Positions 6,882 to 16,382 of a DNA stretch of 25,045 nt are shown in pieces; position 1 is the first letter of the stretch, and the number at the start of each line of letters is the position of its first letter. This DNA is from an uncultured Eubacteriales bacterium (lineage in GTDB: Bacteria > Bacillota > Clostridia > TANB77 > RGIG9151). The notes beneath the pieces are model-generated. The model had not been told where the DNA came from and searched no databases. It saw only the letters and a program-made list of their open reading frames with translations. The stretch spans positions 1 through 25,045 of the forward strand of contig CAYYWT010000006.1 in assembly GCA_964475435.1 (NCBI GenBank), given 5' to 3'. Made by a program: the position numbers and the translations under genes.

Positions 6882-9383
6882 TCTAAATATACTCTTAATA
6901 AAACTATCATCATTTCCCTGCTGTCTATGCGACATTCTCGATCCGCCTATTGGAAACACATCTTGAACAATAATCGCAACCGCCTGTTTAAACTCATCAG
7001 AGAATCCTGAGAAATTCATTTTACGCGAACACAAATTTTCCATATATCTTAAATAATTTTGCTCGTCAAACGGTACAATAAACCTTCTCATATTCTTTGG
7101 AAGCAGTTCTTCAAAAACAGACACTTCCGGATTTACATAGAATGTTAGCATCTCAATTAACTTAGTAGCACTAATAGACATTTTCATATGTTTATTTACT
7201 ATAACAGCAACTTTGGTTAAATCAATTTCGTTGCTCTTTAACTCTTTTAAGAACATCGTTATCGGTAAAACATTCAATATATCCATATCTTGTACTACAT
7301 ATATCGTTTGAACATATCTAAATACTTCTTGAGATGTAACAAAGTCACAATCAATTAAAACAACCGAATTTTCACGTTTTGCAGTCTCTATAACCTTATA
7401 TACATCAAACTTAGGCACTCTATCAGTTCTAGGAATTCCGGTATATACGCTAATATTTCCCGCTTTTAACGGACGATTCTGACCAATTACAAGGTTACTT
7501 AAACTATTTCCGGCAATGTCTCTTTCTTCACCGTCATCTCCGGTAAATATTGTATAAGTATCTTTATTTTTCGTTAAATCAAGGATTGCAACTTTTACTC
7601 CTTTATTTGCAAGAGCAGTCGCAACAGCAGTAATCAAAAATGTCGAGCCGGTTTTGTGTGCACCTATAAACGCTACCGCTTTCTTATAATCTCTAGGAGC
7701 TTCATAAGCTTCACGAATTACCTCTTTTTCTATAACTTGAGTTACAGTTTGAATTTGAGGTTCTACTGAAGGCATACGCGTTGGTGGTTGGTATCTCGGA
7801 GCTTGAGGAGGCTCAGGAGTAGGTATTGTAGGTCTTACAATCTTCGGTTCAACCGTTTCTACTCTTGGTTGAGTAACTCTAGGCTCAACTTTTGGCATCT
7901 CTACTTTCGGTTCTATTACCTTTGGCTCTACTACTTCCACCTTCGGCATTTCTACTTTCGGTTCTTCCACTTTTGGCTTTGCTACTTCCACCTTCGGCGT
8001 TTCTACTTTCGGTTCTTCCACTTTTGGCTCTACTACTTCCACCTTCGGCATTTCTACTTTCGGTTCTTCCACTTTTGGCTTTGCTACTTCCACCTTCGGC
8101 GTTTCTACTTTCGGTTCTTCTACTTTTGGCTTTGCCACTTCCACCTTCGGCATCTCTACTTTCGATTCTTCCACTTTTGGCTTTGCCACTTCCACCTTCG
8201 GCATCTCTACTTTTGGTTCTTCTACCTTTTCTTCCAATTTTACATGAGGAACTTCCACCTTTGGTTCTACTTTTGGTATCTCTACATTCGATTCTATCTC
8301 TTTCGGCTCCACAATTTCTACTTTTGGAACCTCAAATTTTTTCTCTACCTTCGGAACTTCCGGCTTAGTTTCTTCTATCCTCGGTTCTTCCAACTTTACT
8401 CGCGGAATTTCTACCTTTCGTTCCACTTTTGGAGCTTCTACTTTCGGTTCTACTATCTTTGGCTCCACTACTTCTACTTTTGGCATTTCAAATTTCTTTT
8501 CTTCTACCGACGGTTTTACCATAGGCTCTTCAACTTGCGGTTTCGGCTCTATTTTCGGTTTCTCACTTTTCTGCTCAACCTTAGGTTCTACTACCTTCGG
8601 TTCCGGCTTTTCTTCCTCAATCTTTTCCACTCGATTTATATAAACCGGAACTTCTACTACCTTTACCCTTTCCGGTTCATCTTTATGCTTTCTTCCGCCT
8701 TTTCCCGGGGTATAGCTCATCAAAGCTACATACTTACTGGATTTTTGCTGTAAAATATCTCTAGCTCTTTCCGGTAAAAACGGTACAATCTGTTTCAACT
8801 TGTCAAAATTATATTGCTCATATAAGCTATCAAACCCAGCAACAATTTTCTCCTCGCTAAAAATATTTCTTTCATAATATTTTATAATATTTCTAAGTTC
8901 CATCTCATCAACTGCATCAACCGCATCATACGGATTCTCGGTCAAATCTGCATCGATAAACATTTTAGCATCTTTTTTCGTTCTAGGTCTATTTATAAGC
9001 TCAGAAACTTTACCAACGGTCCTATCTTGACCGGTTAAGACATTGTAAATCCCCAAATTAAACAAAGTTTTAACAAACTTGTCATTTTGTTGCCTACGCT
9101 CAGTACATATAATAATAATATCTGCTCTTCCAGCTTCATCAGTAACTTTATCTAAATTATTAAAAAGATATTTATCTATCGCGTCTTGATTCTTAGAACC
9201 AGTTGGTTCTAACTCTTCGTGAATGACAATTCTATCAAAGTCTTTATTTTTTCGGAGCGTTTCAAGCAGTGCCCTAAAAAAGAATACTTTTGTCGCCTCA
9301 ATCTTCTCACCATAAGTAGATTTATACAGATCAATAATTTGGTTAGCACCTTTTTCAGTACCTATTGCAAATAAAACTTTCAT
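6873..9383 (-). CDS. 836-aa three-module protein of unknown function: receiver-like N-domain, long PKVE proline/lysine/glutamate repeat linker, MinD/ParA(CpaE)-like C-domain with a degenerate P-loop
   Basis: Uninterrupted 2.5-kb ORF with ATG 9383 after a G-rich SD-like tract (AGGGTGGTGAGGA). The N-terminal ~135 aa show an alternating beta-alpha pattern (KVLFAIG / RIVIHEE / DIIIICTE / YNVLTG). Residues ~255-545 are PKVE-type repeats. The C-terminal region has AVAFIGAHKTGSTF...KGVKVAILDL and VVLIDCD motifs, arranged as in SIMIBI MinD/ParA ATPases. No signal peptide or TM helix. Confidence 0.85.
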   Translation of the reverse strand: MKVLFAIGTEKGANQIIDLYKSTYGEKIEATKVFFFRALLETLRKNKDFDRIVIHEELEPTGSKNQDAIDKYLFNNLDKVTDEAGRADIIIICTERRQQNDKFVKTLFNLGIYNVLTGQDRTVGKVSELINRPRTKKDAKMFIDADLTENPYDAVDAVDEMELRNIIKYYERNIFSEEKIVAGFDSLYEQYNFDKLKQIVPFLPERARDILQQKSSKYVALMSYTPGKGGRKHKDEPERVKVVEVPVYINRVEKIEEEKPEPKVVEPKVEQKSEKPKIEPKPQVEEPMVKPSVEEKKFEMPKVEVVEPKIVEPKVEAPKVERKVEIPRVKLEEPRIEETKPEVPKVEKKFEVPKVEIVEPKEIESNVEIPKVEPKVEVPHVKLEEKVEEPKVEMPKVEVAKPKVEESKVEMPKVEVAKPKVEEPKVETPKVEVAKPKVEEPKVEMPKVEVVEPKVEEPKVETPKVEVAKPKVEEPKVEMPKVEVVEPKVIEPKVEMPKVEPRVTQPRVETVEPKIVRPTIPTPEPPQAPRYQPPTRMPSVEPQIQTVTQVIEKEVIREAYEAPRDYKKAVAFIGAHKTGSTFLITAVATALANKGVKVAILDLTKNKDTYTIFTGDDGEERDIAGNSLSNLVIGQNRPLKAGNISVYTGIPRTDRVPKFDVYKVIETAKRENSVVLIDCDFVTSQEVFRYVQTIYVVQDMDILNVLPITMFLKELKSNEIDLTKVAVIVNKHMKMSISATKLIEMLTFYVNPEVSVFEELLPKNMRRFIVPFDEQNYLRYMENLCSRKMNFSGFSDEFKQAVAIIVQDVFPIGGSRMSHRQQGNDDSFIKSIFRKR
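7886..8242 (-). repeat. In-frame 51-bp (17-aa) tandem repeat array inside the 836-aa CDS
   Basis: Units begin at 7937, 7988, 8039, 8090 and 8141, exactly 51 bp apart. Units 7937-7987 and 8039-8089 are identical, and the others differ at about 3-4 positions. Degenerate units flank the array at 7886-7936 and 8192-8242. The encoded unit is roughly EEPKVE(M/T)PKVEV(A/V)(K/E)PKV. A wider degenerate PKVE-like zone runs from about 7800 to 8620. Confidence 0.9.
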
Positions 9384-9413
9384 ATCCTCACCACCCTGTT
9401 TAAATTAAAACAT

Positions 9414-9800
9414 CTACGCTATTTTAGTAAAAAACCAAAATACAAAATTAACTATTTTCGCTATAACAAGGAACGTAAACGCTCCCCACATAAGTAACAT
9501 ACCTTGACGTTTCTTATATAAATTCCTTATACCTAGGATAAAATATTGTATCGACCCCCACAATATAAGGATTACACAAATGGGAAGACTTTTATCGCTT
9601 ATTTGTTCAACTATCGTATAAGCCAAACTATTTACCGTAGTCGCAACCTTTTCAGTTCCTTCTTCAATAGTTCCTACAATTTCACTAGTTTTATCATTCT
9701 CTACAGCTTCATAATCTGAAAATGAAGTTGCTAATGACAAATTACTAAAAACAATTACTAACGTAATCACAATACTAAATATTTTGGTAAATCTTTTCAA
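9414..9800 (-). CDS. Small secreted/membrane protein: signal peptide, acidic ~55-aa segment, C-terminal two-helix hairpin
   Basis: TTG start at 9800 with SD AGGGGGG 7 nt upstream. N-terminus MKRFTKIFSIVITLVIVFSNLSLA|TS looks like a cleavable signal peptide. Two hydrophobic helices (LPICVILILWGSIQYFILGI and MLLMWGAFTFLVIAKIVNFVFWFF) are joined by a basic loop, RNLYKKRQG. The gene ends 30 nt upstream of the 836-aa gene. Confidence 0.65.
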   Translation of the reverse strand: MKRFTKIFSIVITLVIVFSNLSLATSFSDYEAVENDKTSEIVGTIEEGTEKVATTVNSLAYTIVEQISDKSLPICVILILWGSIQYFILGIRNLYKKRQGMLLMWGAFTFLVIAKIVNFVFWFFTKIA

Positions 9801-9857
9801 ATTAATTCCCCCCTACGATATATACGGCTTTTCACAATGTATACACCTCATAAAATC

Positions 9858-9886
9858 ATTGTACCATAATTTTGTTAACTATTCAA
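9858..9886 (-). promoter_or_regulatory. Strong sigma-A promoter with extended -10 for the 128-aa/836-aa gene pair
   Basis: The minus strand reads TTGAAT (plus 9881-9886), a 17-nt spacer, then TGGTACAAT (TG-n extended -10; hexamer at plus 9858-9863). It lies between the atpC stop and the 128-aa gene. Confidence 0.6.
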
Positions 9887-9890
9887 GTCT

Positions 9891-9919
9891 AAAAAAGCAT
9901 TGTGACTGCAAAGCACACA
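9891..9919 (-). terminator. Possible weak intrinsic terminator after atpC
   Basis: Minus-strand TGTG-TGC-ttt-GCA-gt-CACA (7 bp with a 2-nt bulge), followed 4 nt later by T6. The hairpin is imperfect and short. Confidence 0.3.
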
Positions 9920-9928
9920 CATTATAGC

Positions 9929-10336
9929 TTATCTATTCTTAGCAACTTTAATTCTATTGTTAGCTCTTAATATCGAAAGTTTAAGTAATGTTTCCATTTC
10001 TTTATTCTTCCTATACTCCTTTAACTTATCTTCAGCTAATTTTTTAGCCTTTTCGGCTCTTTCAATATCAATATCCTCAGGCCACTCAGCGGCATCAACA
10101 ATAGCAGTTACACCTTTACCTGTTATTTCAAGGAATCCTTCGCTAATCGCCGCAAATTTATATACCCCATCCTTAACAATTTTAAGTATCCCAACATCTA
10201 CAGCAACAACCATAGGCATATGGTCAGCCATAACACCCATTTCGCCATCTTCACGATTAAAAATAATCATATCCACATCATCGGAATAAAAAACTTTTTC
10301 AGGAGTTACAACCTCAAATTTAAAAGTTTTAGCCAT
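9929..10336 (-). CDS. atpC: F1 ATP synthase subunit epsilon
   Basis: 135 aa, with a beta-sandwich N-domain and helical C-terminus typical of epsilon (FEVVTPEK...). It is the last gene of the atp operon, 23 nt after atpD. Confidence 0.93.
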   Translation of the reverse strand: MAKTFKFEVVTPEKVFYSDDVDMIIFNREDGEMGVMADHMPMVVAVDVGILKIVKDGVYKFAAISEGFLEITGKGVTAIVDAAEWPEDIDIERAEKAKKLAEDKLKEYRKNKEMETLLKLSILRANNRIKVAKNR

Positions 10337-10359
10337 CGTCTTCCCTCACTTTAAAACAT

Positions 10360-11841
<1,482 letters not shown>

Positions 11842-11853
11842 TCATTCCGTCCA

Positions 11854-12720
11854 CTAAACATTCGCTGCACCACTTACGATTTCAGTAATTTCCTGAGTAA
11901 TGGCAGCTTGTCTTGCTCTATTATAATTTAACGTAAGTTGCTTTATTATCTTCTCGGCATTACTTGTCGCATTATCCATAGCGTTCATACGAGCAGAATG
12001 TTCACTTACATACGATTCAATCAATCCTGAATATAAAATTCCCTTTACATATTTAGAAGCTAAAACATTAAGAACAGTTTCCGGAGCGGGTTCAAGTTCT
12101 AATTTCATAAACTCATCACTCTTTTTCTCCGGATTAATAACTTCCTTCTTTTCAAGCGGAAGAAGTTTAATTACTCTAGGCTTTAAACTTAAAGCAGTTT
12201 CCATCTCAGTAAAGATAAGATGAAGCTCATCAATCATTCCGAGCTTATACATATCAATTAAGTGATTTGCTATCTCTTGAGAAACAGAAATATCATTAAT
12301 TTCTCCGTTATAACCGAAATCTTGAATAACCTCATATCCCTCTTTTAATACGTGATTAACCACAACATTTCCGATAGGAAATACAACAGAATTCTTTTTA
12401 TCAATTATACTATCCGCCAATTTTATAATATTGTGATTAAATCCGCCGTTTAATCCTTTATCGGATGCAACTACTATGTAACCGATTTTTCTATCCTTTT
12501 TATTTTCTCTTTTATCAAAATACACAGTTTCAATATCCGGCATATGTGCTAAAATATCAGTCATCGTATCTTGAACTTTCTTAAAAAACGGCATAGTCGC
12601 CTCATGCATAAGCTTTGCCTTCTTAAGCTTAGACGCAGATATTAATTTCATAGCTTTAGTTATTTTCTTAGTCTCATTAATTCCTTTAATTCTAAGCTTA
12701 ATCTCACGTGCATTAGCCAA
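11854..12720 (-). CDS. atpG: F1 ATP synthase subunit gamma
   Basis: 288 aa. N-terminal MANAREIKLRIKGINETKKITKAMKLISASKL and C-terminal ARQAAITQEITEIVSGA helices are gamma-subunit hallmarks. Operon position is between atpA and atpD. Confidence 0.93.
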   Translation of the reverse strand: MANAREIKLRIKGINETKKITKAMKLISASKLKKAKLMHEATMPFFKKVQDTMTDILAHMPDIETVYFDKRENKKDRKIGYIVVASDKGLNGGFNHNIIKLADSIIDKKNSVVFPIGNVVVNHVLKEGYEVIQDFGYNGEINDISVSQEIANHLIDMYKLGMIDELHLIFTEMETALSLKPRVIKLLPLEKKEVINPEKKSDEFMKLELEPAPETVLNVLASKYVKGILYSGLIESYVSEHSARMNAMDNATSNAEKIIKQLTLNYNRARQAAITQEITEIVSGAANV

Positions 12721-12742
12721 AATCTTTCACCTCTTTATTTAT

Positions 12743-14254
12743 CTACACCTTAAACCAAGTTTTAAAATCATCTATAGCCTTAAGTAATTTTTCTTCCATA
12801 TCAGGCTTTAATTCTTTAGTCTCAGCAATAGATCTTAAAATCTCAGGTACCTTCTCCTCAATATGTTTTACAAGTCCTGTATTAAATCTTCCAACATCTT
12901 TTACTTCTATATCGGATAAATGACCATTTACAACCGCATATAAAATTACAACCTGTTTTTCAACCGGTAATGTTAAATATTGTTGTTGTTTTAAGGTTTC
13001 AACTGTACGTTGACCTTGCGTTAATTTGTCCTTCGTAAATTTATCCAAATCCGAACCAAACTGTGCAAACGCAGCAAGTTCACGATATTGTGCCAAATCA
13101 ATTCTTATTCTTCCGGCAAGCTTTTTCATAGCTTTAATCTGAGCAGAACCACCAACACGAGATACAGAAAGTCCGGCATTTACAGCAGGTCTTTGACCTG
13201 AGAAGAAAAGCTCACTCTCTAAATAAATCTGACCATCAGTAATTGAAATAACATTAGTCGGAATGTATGCGGAAATATCGCCTGCAAGCGTTTCAATTAT
13301 AGGCAACGCAGTTATTGAACCGCCACCATGAGCTTTATCCATTTTAGCAGCACGCTCAAGTAGTCTTGAATGAAGATAGAAAACATCTCCCGGATAAGCT
13401 TCACGTCCCGGTGGACGACGAAGTATTAAAGACATCGCACGATAAGCTTGAGCATGTTTAGATAAATCATCATACACAATTAAAACATCTTTTCCTTTTT
13501 CATACATAAAATACTCAGCAATAGCACAGCCGGCATATGGAGCAATATATTGAGCAGGAGCAAGATCGCTCGCCGTAGACGATACAACTATCGTATAGTC
13601 CATTGCACCATATCTCTTTAAAGTTTCAACAACCCCCGCAACAGAAGAACCCTTTTGACCAATCGCAACATATATACAAATAACATCTTGCCCTTTTTGG
13701 TTAATAATAGTATCAATAGCAATAGCAGTCTTACCGGTTTGTCTATCTCCTATAATAAGCTCTCTTTGTCCTCGACCAATCGGCACCATAGAATCAATAG
13801 CTAAAATTCCTGTTTGTAGAGGTTTATTTACAGATTCACGAGTAGTAACTCCGGGAGCTAAAAACTCAACATCACGGTAACCCTCGATTTTATAATCTCC
13901 AAGTCCGTCAATCGGGCGACCAATTGAATCAATTACCCTTCCTATAATTTCTTCGCCAACCGGAATACTAACAGAACGCCCGGTACGACGAGCCATTGTT
14001 CCTTCTTTTACAACTTTCTCTCCACCAAGCAAAACACATCCTACATTGTCTTCTTCTAAGTTCATAGCCATTCCCAAGATTCCGTCTCCGAAATCTATCA
14101 ACTCTCCGCACATGCAATCGTCTAAGCCATAAACTTTAGCAACACCGTCTCCCGCTTGAATTACATATCCTACCTCATCAGTTTTTATCGTAGTTTCATA
14201 ATTTTCAATTCGTTTCCTCAATATTTCACTGATTTCTTCAGGTTTTATCGTCAA
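12743..14254 (-). CDS. atpA: F1 ATP synthase subunit alpha
   Basis: 503 aa, Walker [10 protein letters not shown], alpha-subunit similarity throughout. Confidence 0.96.
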   Translation of the reverse strand: MTIKPEEISEILRKRIENYETTIKTDEVGYVIQAGDGVAKVYGLDDCMCGELIDFGDGILGMAMNLEEDNVGCVLLGGEKVVKEGTMARRTGRSVSIPVGEEIIGRVIDSIGRPIDGLGDYKIEGYRDVEFLAPGVTTRESVNKPLQTGILAIDSMVPIGRGQRELIIGDRQTGKTAIAIDTIINQKGQDVICIYVAIGQKGSSVAGVVETLKRYGAMDYTIVVSSTASDLAPAQYIAPYAGCAIAEYFMYEKGKDVLIVYDDLSKHAQAYRAMSLILRRPPGREAYPGDVFYLHSRLLERAAKMDKAHGGGSITALPIIETLAGDISAYIPTNVISITDGQIYLESELFFSGQRPAVNAGLSVSRVGGSAQIKAMKKLAGRIRIDLAQYRELAAFAQFGSDLDKFTKDKLTQGQRTVETLKQQQYLTLPVEKQVVILYAVVNGHLSDIEVKDVGRFNTGLVKHIEEKVPEILRSIAETKELKPDMEEKLLKAIDDFKTWFKV

Positions 14255-14267
14255 CCTAATCTCCTCC

Positions 14268-14783
14268 TTACAGCATATTATTAAGCTGAGTCTTTATAGT
14301 TCCGTCATATACTTTGTTTCCTATTATGACCTTTACTCCGCCAATAACACTCTCATCTATAAATTGCTCGTAACTCGCATTAGTAGCATTATAAATTCTT
14401 TTATATTTATCGGTTATACCGCTTATTTCATCATCAGTCAATTTTGTTGCACTAATAATTTTCAACTTAATTTCATTATTTTTAACTCTCGCAAGTTCAC
14501 TATATTCCTTAGATATACCGTCAATATACTTAATTCGATTCTTATCAATAAGCAAACTTATAAAACTTACAAGCATCGGATTATCCTCACCAAAGATTTC
14601 TCTTACGATATCAGACTTCAAACGCGGTTCAAGTCTTGGATCGAGTAAAATTTTTTTGAATTGTAAATTATTATTAAACATATATGCAATTTTAGCCAAA
14701 TCTTCATCAGTCTTAAGTTGTTCATCTTTTACTTTTAACGCGTCCATTAAAGCAACCGCATATCGTTTTTCTAAAGCCGGCAT
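14268..14783 (-). CDS. atpH: F1 ATP synthase subunit delta (OSCP)
   Basis: 171 aa. Assigned from operon position between atpF and atpA, and from an OSCP-like helical N-domain with a C-terminal GG(V/I)K...G-type segment ([17 protein letters not shown]). Confidence 0.88.
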   Translation of the reverse strand: MPALEKRYAVALMDALKVKDEQLKTDEDLAKIAYMFNNNLQFKKILLDPRLEPRLKSDIVREIFGEDNPMLVSFISLLIDKNRIKYIDGISKEYSELARVKNNEIKLKIISATKLTDDEISGITDKYKRIYNATNASYEQFIDESVIGGVKVIIGNKVYDGTIKTQLNNML

Positions 14784-14799
14784 AACTTCTCATCTCCCT

Positions 14800-15291
14800 C
14801 TATGCAACTCCGGAATCAATAAATTCTGAAATAAGTTTTCTATTCGTTTCATTATCCATATTCTTCTTAATCACTTTTTCACTCGCAGAAACAACAAGAT
14901 TTCCAACCTCTTGTTTTAATTCAGCAATAGCTTTATCTTTTTCAACATCAATTTCACGTCTGGCATCTTCAATAATTTTTTGAGCATCTTTTTTAGCTGT
15001 ATCAATCGCAGACGCGTACTCCATATCAGCACGTTCCCTATATTCTTCAATTATTTTCTTGCCTTCATCTCCGGCGCCTTTTAATTTATCAGCATATTCA
15101 AGTTTCATATTCTCTACTTCCTCTTTTAGAGAATTAGCAGAATTTATAGCATCTTCTATTTTACCGTTCCTATTATCAATAAACTTAGTAACCGGCTTAA
15201 ACAAAAGCTTTTTTAATATAAAAAACAAAACTAACAAATTTATTATAGTTATAAAAAAATTTGAAAAAAACGCTTCATCAAATTTAAACAT
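14800..15291 (-). CDS. atpF: Fo ATP synthase subunit b
   Basis: 163 aa, a single N-terminal TM helix followed by a long charged helix (E/K/A-rich). Operon position fits. Confidence 0.9.
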   Translation of the reverse strand: MFKFDEAFFSNFFITIINLLVLFFILKKLLFKPVTKFIDNRNGKIEDAINSANSLKEEVENMKLEYADKLKGAGDEGKKIIEEYRERADMEYASAIDTAKKDAQKIIEDARREIDVEKDKAIAELKQEVGNLVVSASEKVIKKNMDNETNRKLISEFIDSGVA

Positions 15292-15320
15292 TATTTACAC
15301 CCACTTTTAAAAATCTTTTT

Positions 15321-15346
15321 CGGACAAGGCGTTTTCGCCCTGCCCG
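15321..15346 (-). promoter_or_regulatory. GC-rich intercistronic RNA hairpin between atpE and atpF
   Basis: Minus-strand RNA CGGGCAGGGCG-aaaa-CGCCUUGUCCG forms an 11-bp stem with two G-U pairs. On the plus strand those two positions would be A-C mismatches, so the fold is specific to the atp mRNA strand. No U-tract follows (AAAAAGAUUUUU), so this is not a canonical terminator. Confidence 0.5.
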
Positions 15347-15359
15347 GATAATTTTTTTA

Positions 15360-15569
15360 CTATTTTACCATAAGCGCTATAACCAAGCCATAAATAGCTG
15401 TAGCTTCAGCCAAAGCCGCACCTAACAATAAAACTGTTTGAATCTTTCCACTCGCTTCAGGTTGTCTTGAAACAGCTTCAACAGCCTTACCTGTCGCAAT
15501 ACCAATACCAACTCCGGCACCAATACCTGTGAAAACTGCGATTGCAGCCGCAATTGCTCCTGTTGCCAT
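15360..15569 (-). CDS. atpE: Fo ATP synthase subunit c
   Basis: 69-aa helical hairpin with a GxGxGxG helix-1 motif, an RQPE loop and the carboxylate in [10 protein letters not shown]. Confidence 0.95.
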   Translation of the reverse strand: MATGAIAAAIAVFTGIGAGVGIGIATGKAVEAVSRQPEASGKIQTVLLLGAALAEATAIYGLVIALMVK

Positions 15570-15591
15570 TTATTCCACCACCTTTCAAAAA

Positions 15592-16278
15592 TTATTCCTC
15601 AACCTCAATAGCCTCAGAGACATAAAGAGTAGTTAAAAGGACAAATACAAATGCCTGAAGTCCACCATCGAACAAGTCAAAATATAGACACGCCACAGAT
15701 GGCACAACAGGAAAATGAATTAACATATGCATTAAAATATACGCTCCTAAAATATTACCAAAAAGTCGCATACATAATGATAACGGTTTTATTATATATT
15801 CAAGTAAATTAAACGGAAACATTATCGGAGTAGGAGCAAATAAAGACTTAAACCACCCTTTAACGCCTCTATATTTAATACTCGAACCAATAACCAAAGT
15901 TATAGTCATAATCGCCAAAGCTACCGGAATCGAAAAATCTCTCGTCGGCGGTTTAGCAAAAAACAACGCCCCTAGAGTATTGGAAAACAATAGATACAGT
16001 CCTAAAGTTCCAATATACGGAGCAAAAGCTCTATAATGCTTCTCCCCCATAAGACCTTTAACGAAATTATTAACTGTTTCCACAACAATTTCCGCCGAAT
16101 TTTGTAAACCCGCCGGAATCGCTTTCATTTTTCTGGTAGCTAAATACGCCCATAATATAAGCAACGCCATAATAATCCACGACGTAACTATTACTTCAGT
16201 AATCACAATATTAAAAGAAATGCTTGTAAACGGTATAGTAACCGGAATTTTAGCAAGAACTGCAATTTCTTCTTCCAT
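15592..16278 (-). CDS. atpB: Fo ATP synthase subunit a
   Basis: 228-aa polytopic membrane protein with the conserved Arg motif (LSLCMRLFGNILGA). It is the first gene of the operon, with AAGGTGAG SD. Confidence 0.93.
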   Translation of the reverse strand: MEEEIAVLAKIPVTIPFTSISFNIVITEVIVTSWIIMALLILWAYLATRKMKAIPAGLQNSAEIVVETVNNFVKGLMGEKHYRAFAPYIGTLGLYLLFSNTLGALFFAKPPTRDFSIPVALAIMTITLVIGSSIKYRGVKGWFKSLFAPTPIMFPFNLLEYIIKPLSLCMRLFGNILGAYILMHMLIHFPVVPSVACLYFDLFDGGLQAFVFVLLTTLYVSEAIEVEE

Positions 16279-16305
16279 TTCTCTATCTCACCTTTTCATT
16301 AGTAA

Positions 16306-16336
16306 ATTATAATTTTTCACACTAAAGTATCGTCAA
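16306..16336 (-). promoter_or_regulatory. Candidate atp operon promoter (TTGACG-N19-TATAAT)
   Basis: The minus strand has -35 TTGACG (plus 16331-16336) and a consensus -10 TATAAT (plus 16306-16311). The spacer is 19 nt, which is longer than optimal. The atp operon may alternatively be read through from yceD. Confidence 0.3.
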
Positions 16337-16382
16337 ATAATCAGAAAACATTACATATTTTCAATATTTTATTTCTTAAAAA

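Noticed and set aside
7886-8242. Could the 51-bp direct repeats be a CRISPR array?
   Set aside because: The units are contiguous with no unique spacers, they are not palindromic, they lie in frame inside a 2.5-kb ORF, and no cas genes are present in the window.
7788-8753. Long plus-strand ORFs (321 aa at 7788-8753, 158 aa at 7892-8368) antisense to the repeat region
   Set aside because: They are shadow ORFs created by the codon periodicity of the PKVE repeats on the minus strand. Their translations are low-complexity (F/L/R/Y or L/P/S strings), they lack SD sequences, and the minus-strand frame continues into clearly globular domains at both ends.
6873-9800. CpaE/TadZ-like protein plus VirB2-like small protein as a Tad pilus or conjugation (T4SS) locus
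   Set aside because: There is no secretion ATPase (TadA/CpaF, VirB4, VirD4), no platform proteins, prepilin peptidase, relaxase or integrase anywhere in the window. The resemblance is only at the level of topology and fold class, so I report the pair as unknown function rather than as a pilus or T4SS remnant.
15360-15569. Na+-translocating type c-subunit, as in Ilyobacter, Propionigenium or Acetobacterium
   Set aside because: Two Na+ ligands of the known motif are missing. Helix 1 has GVGIGIATG (Ile where the Gln ligand would be), and helix 2 has AEATAIY (Ala where the Ser of the ES(T) motif would be). A proton-coupled enzyme is the simpler reading.
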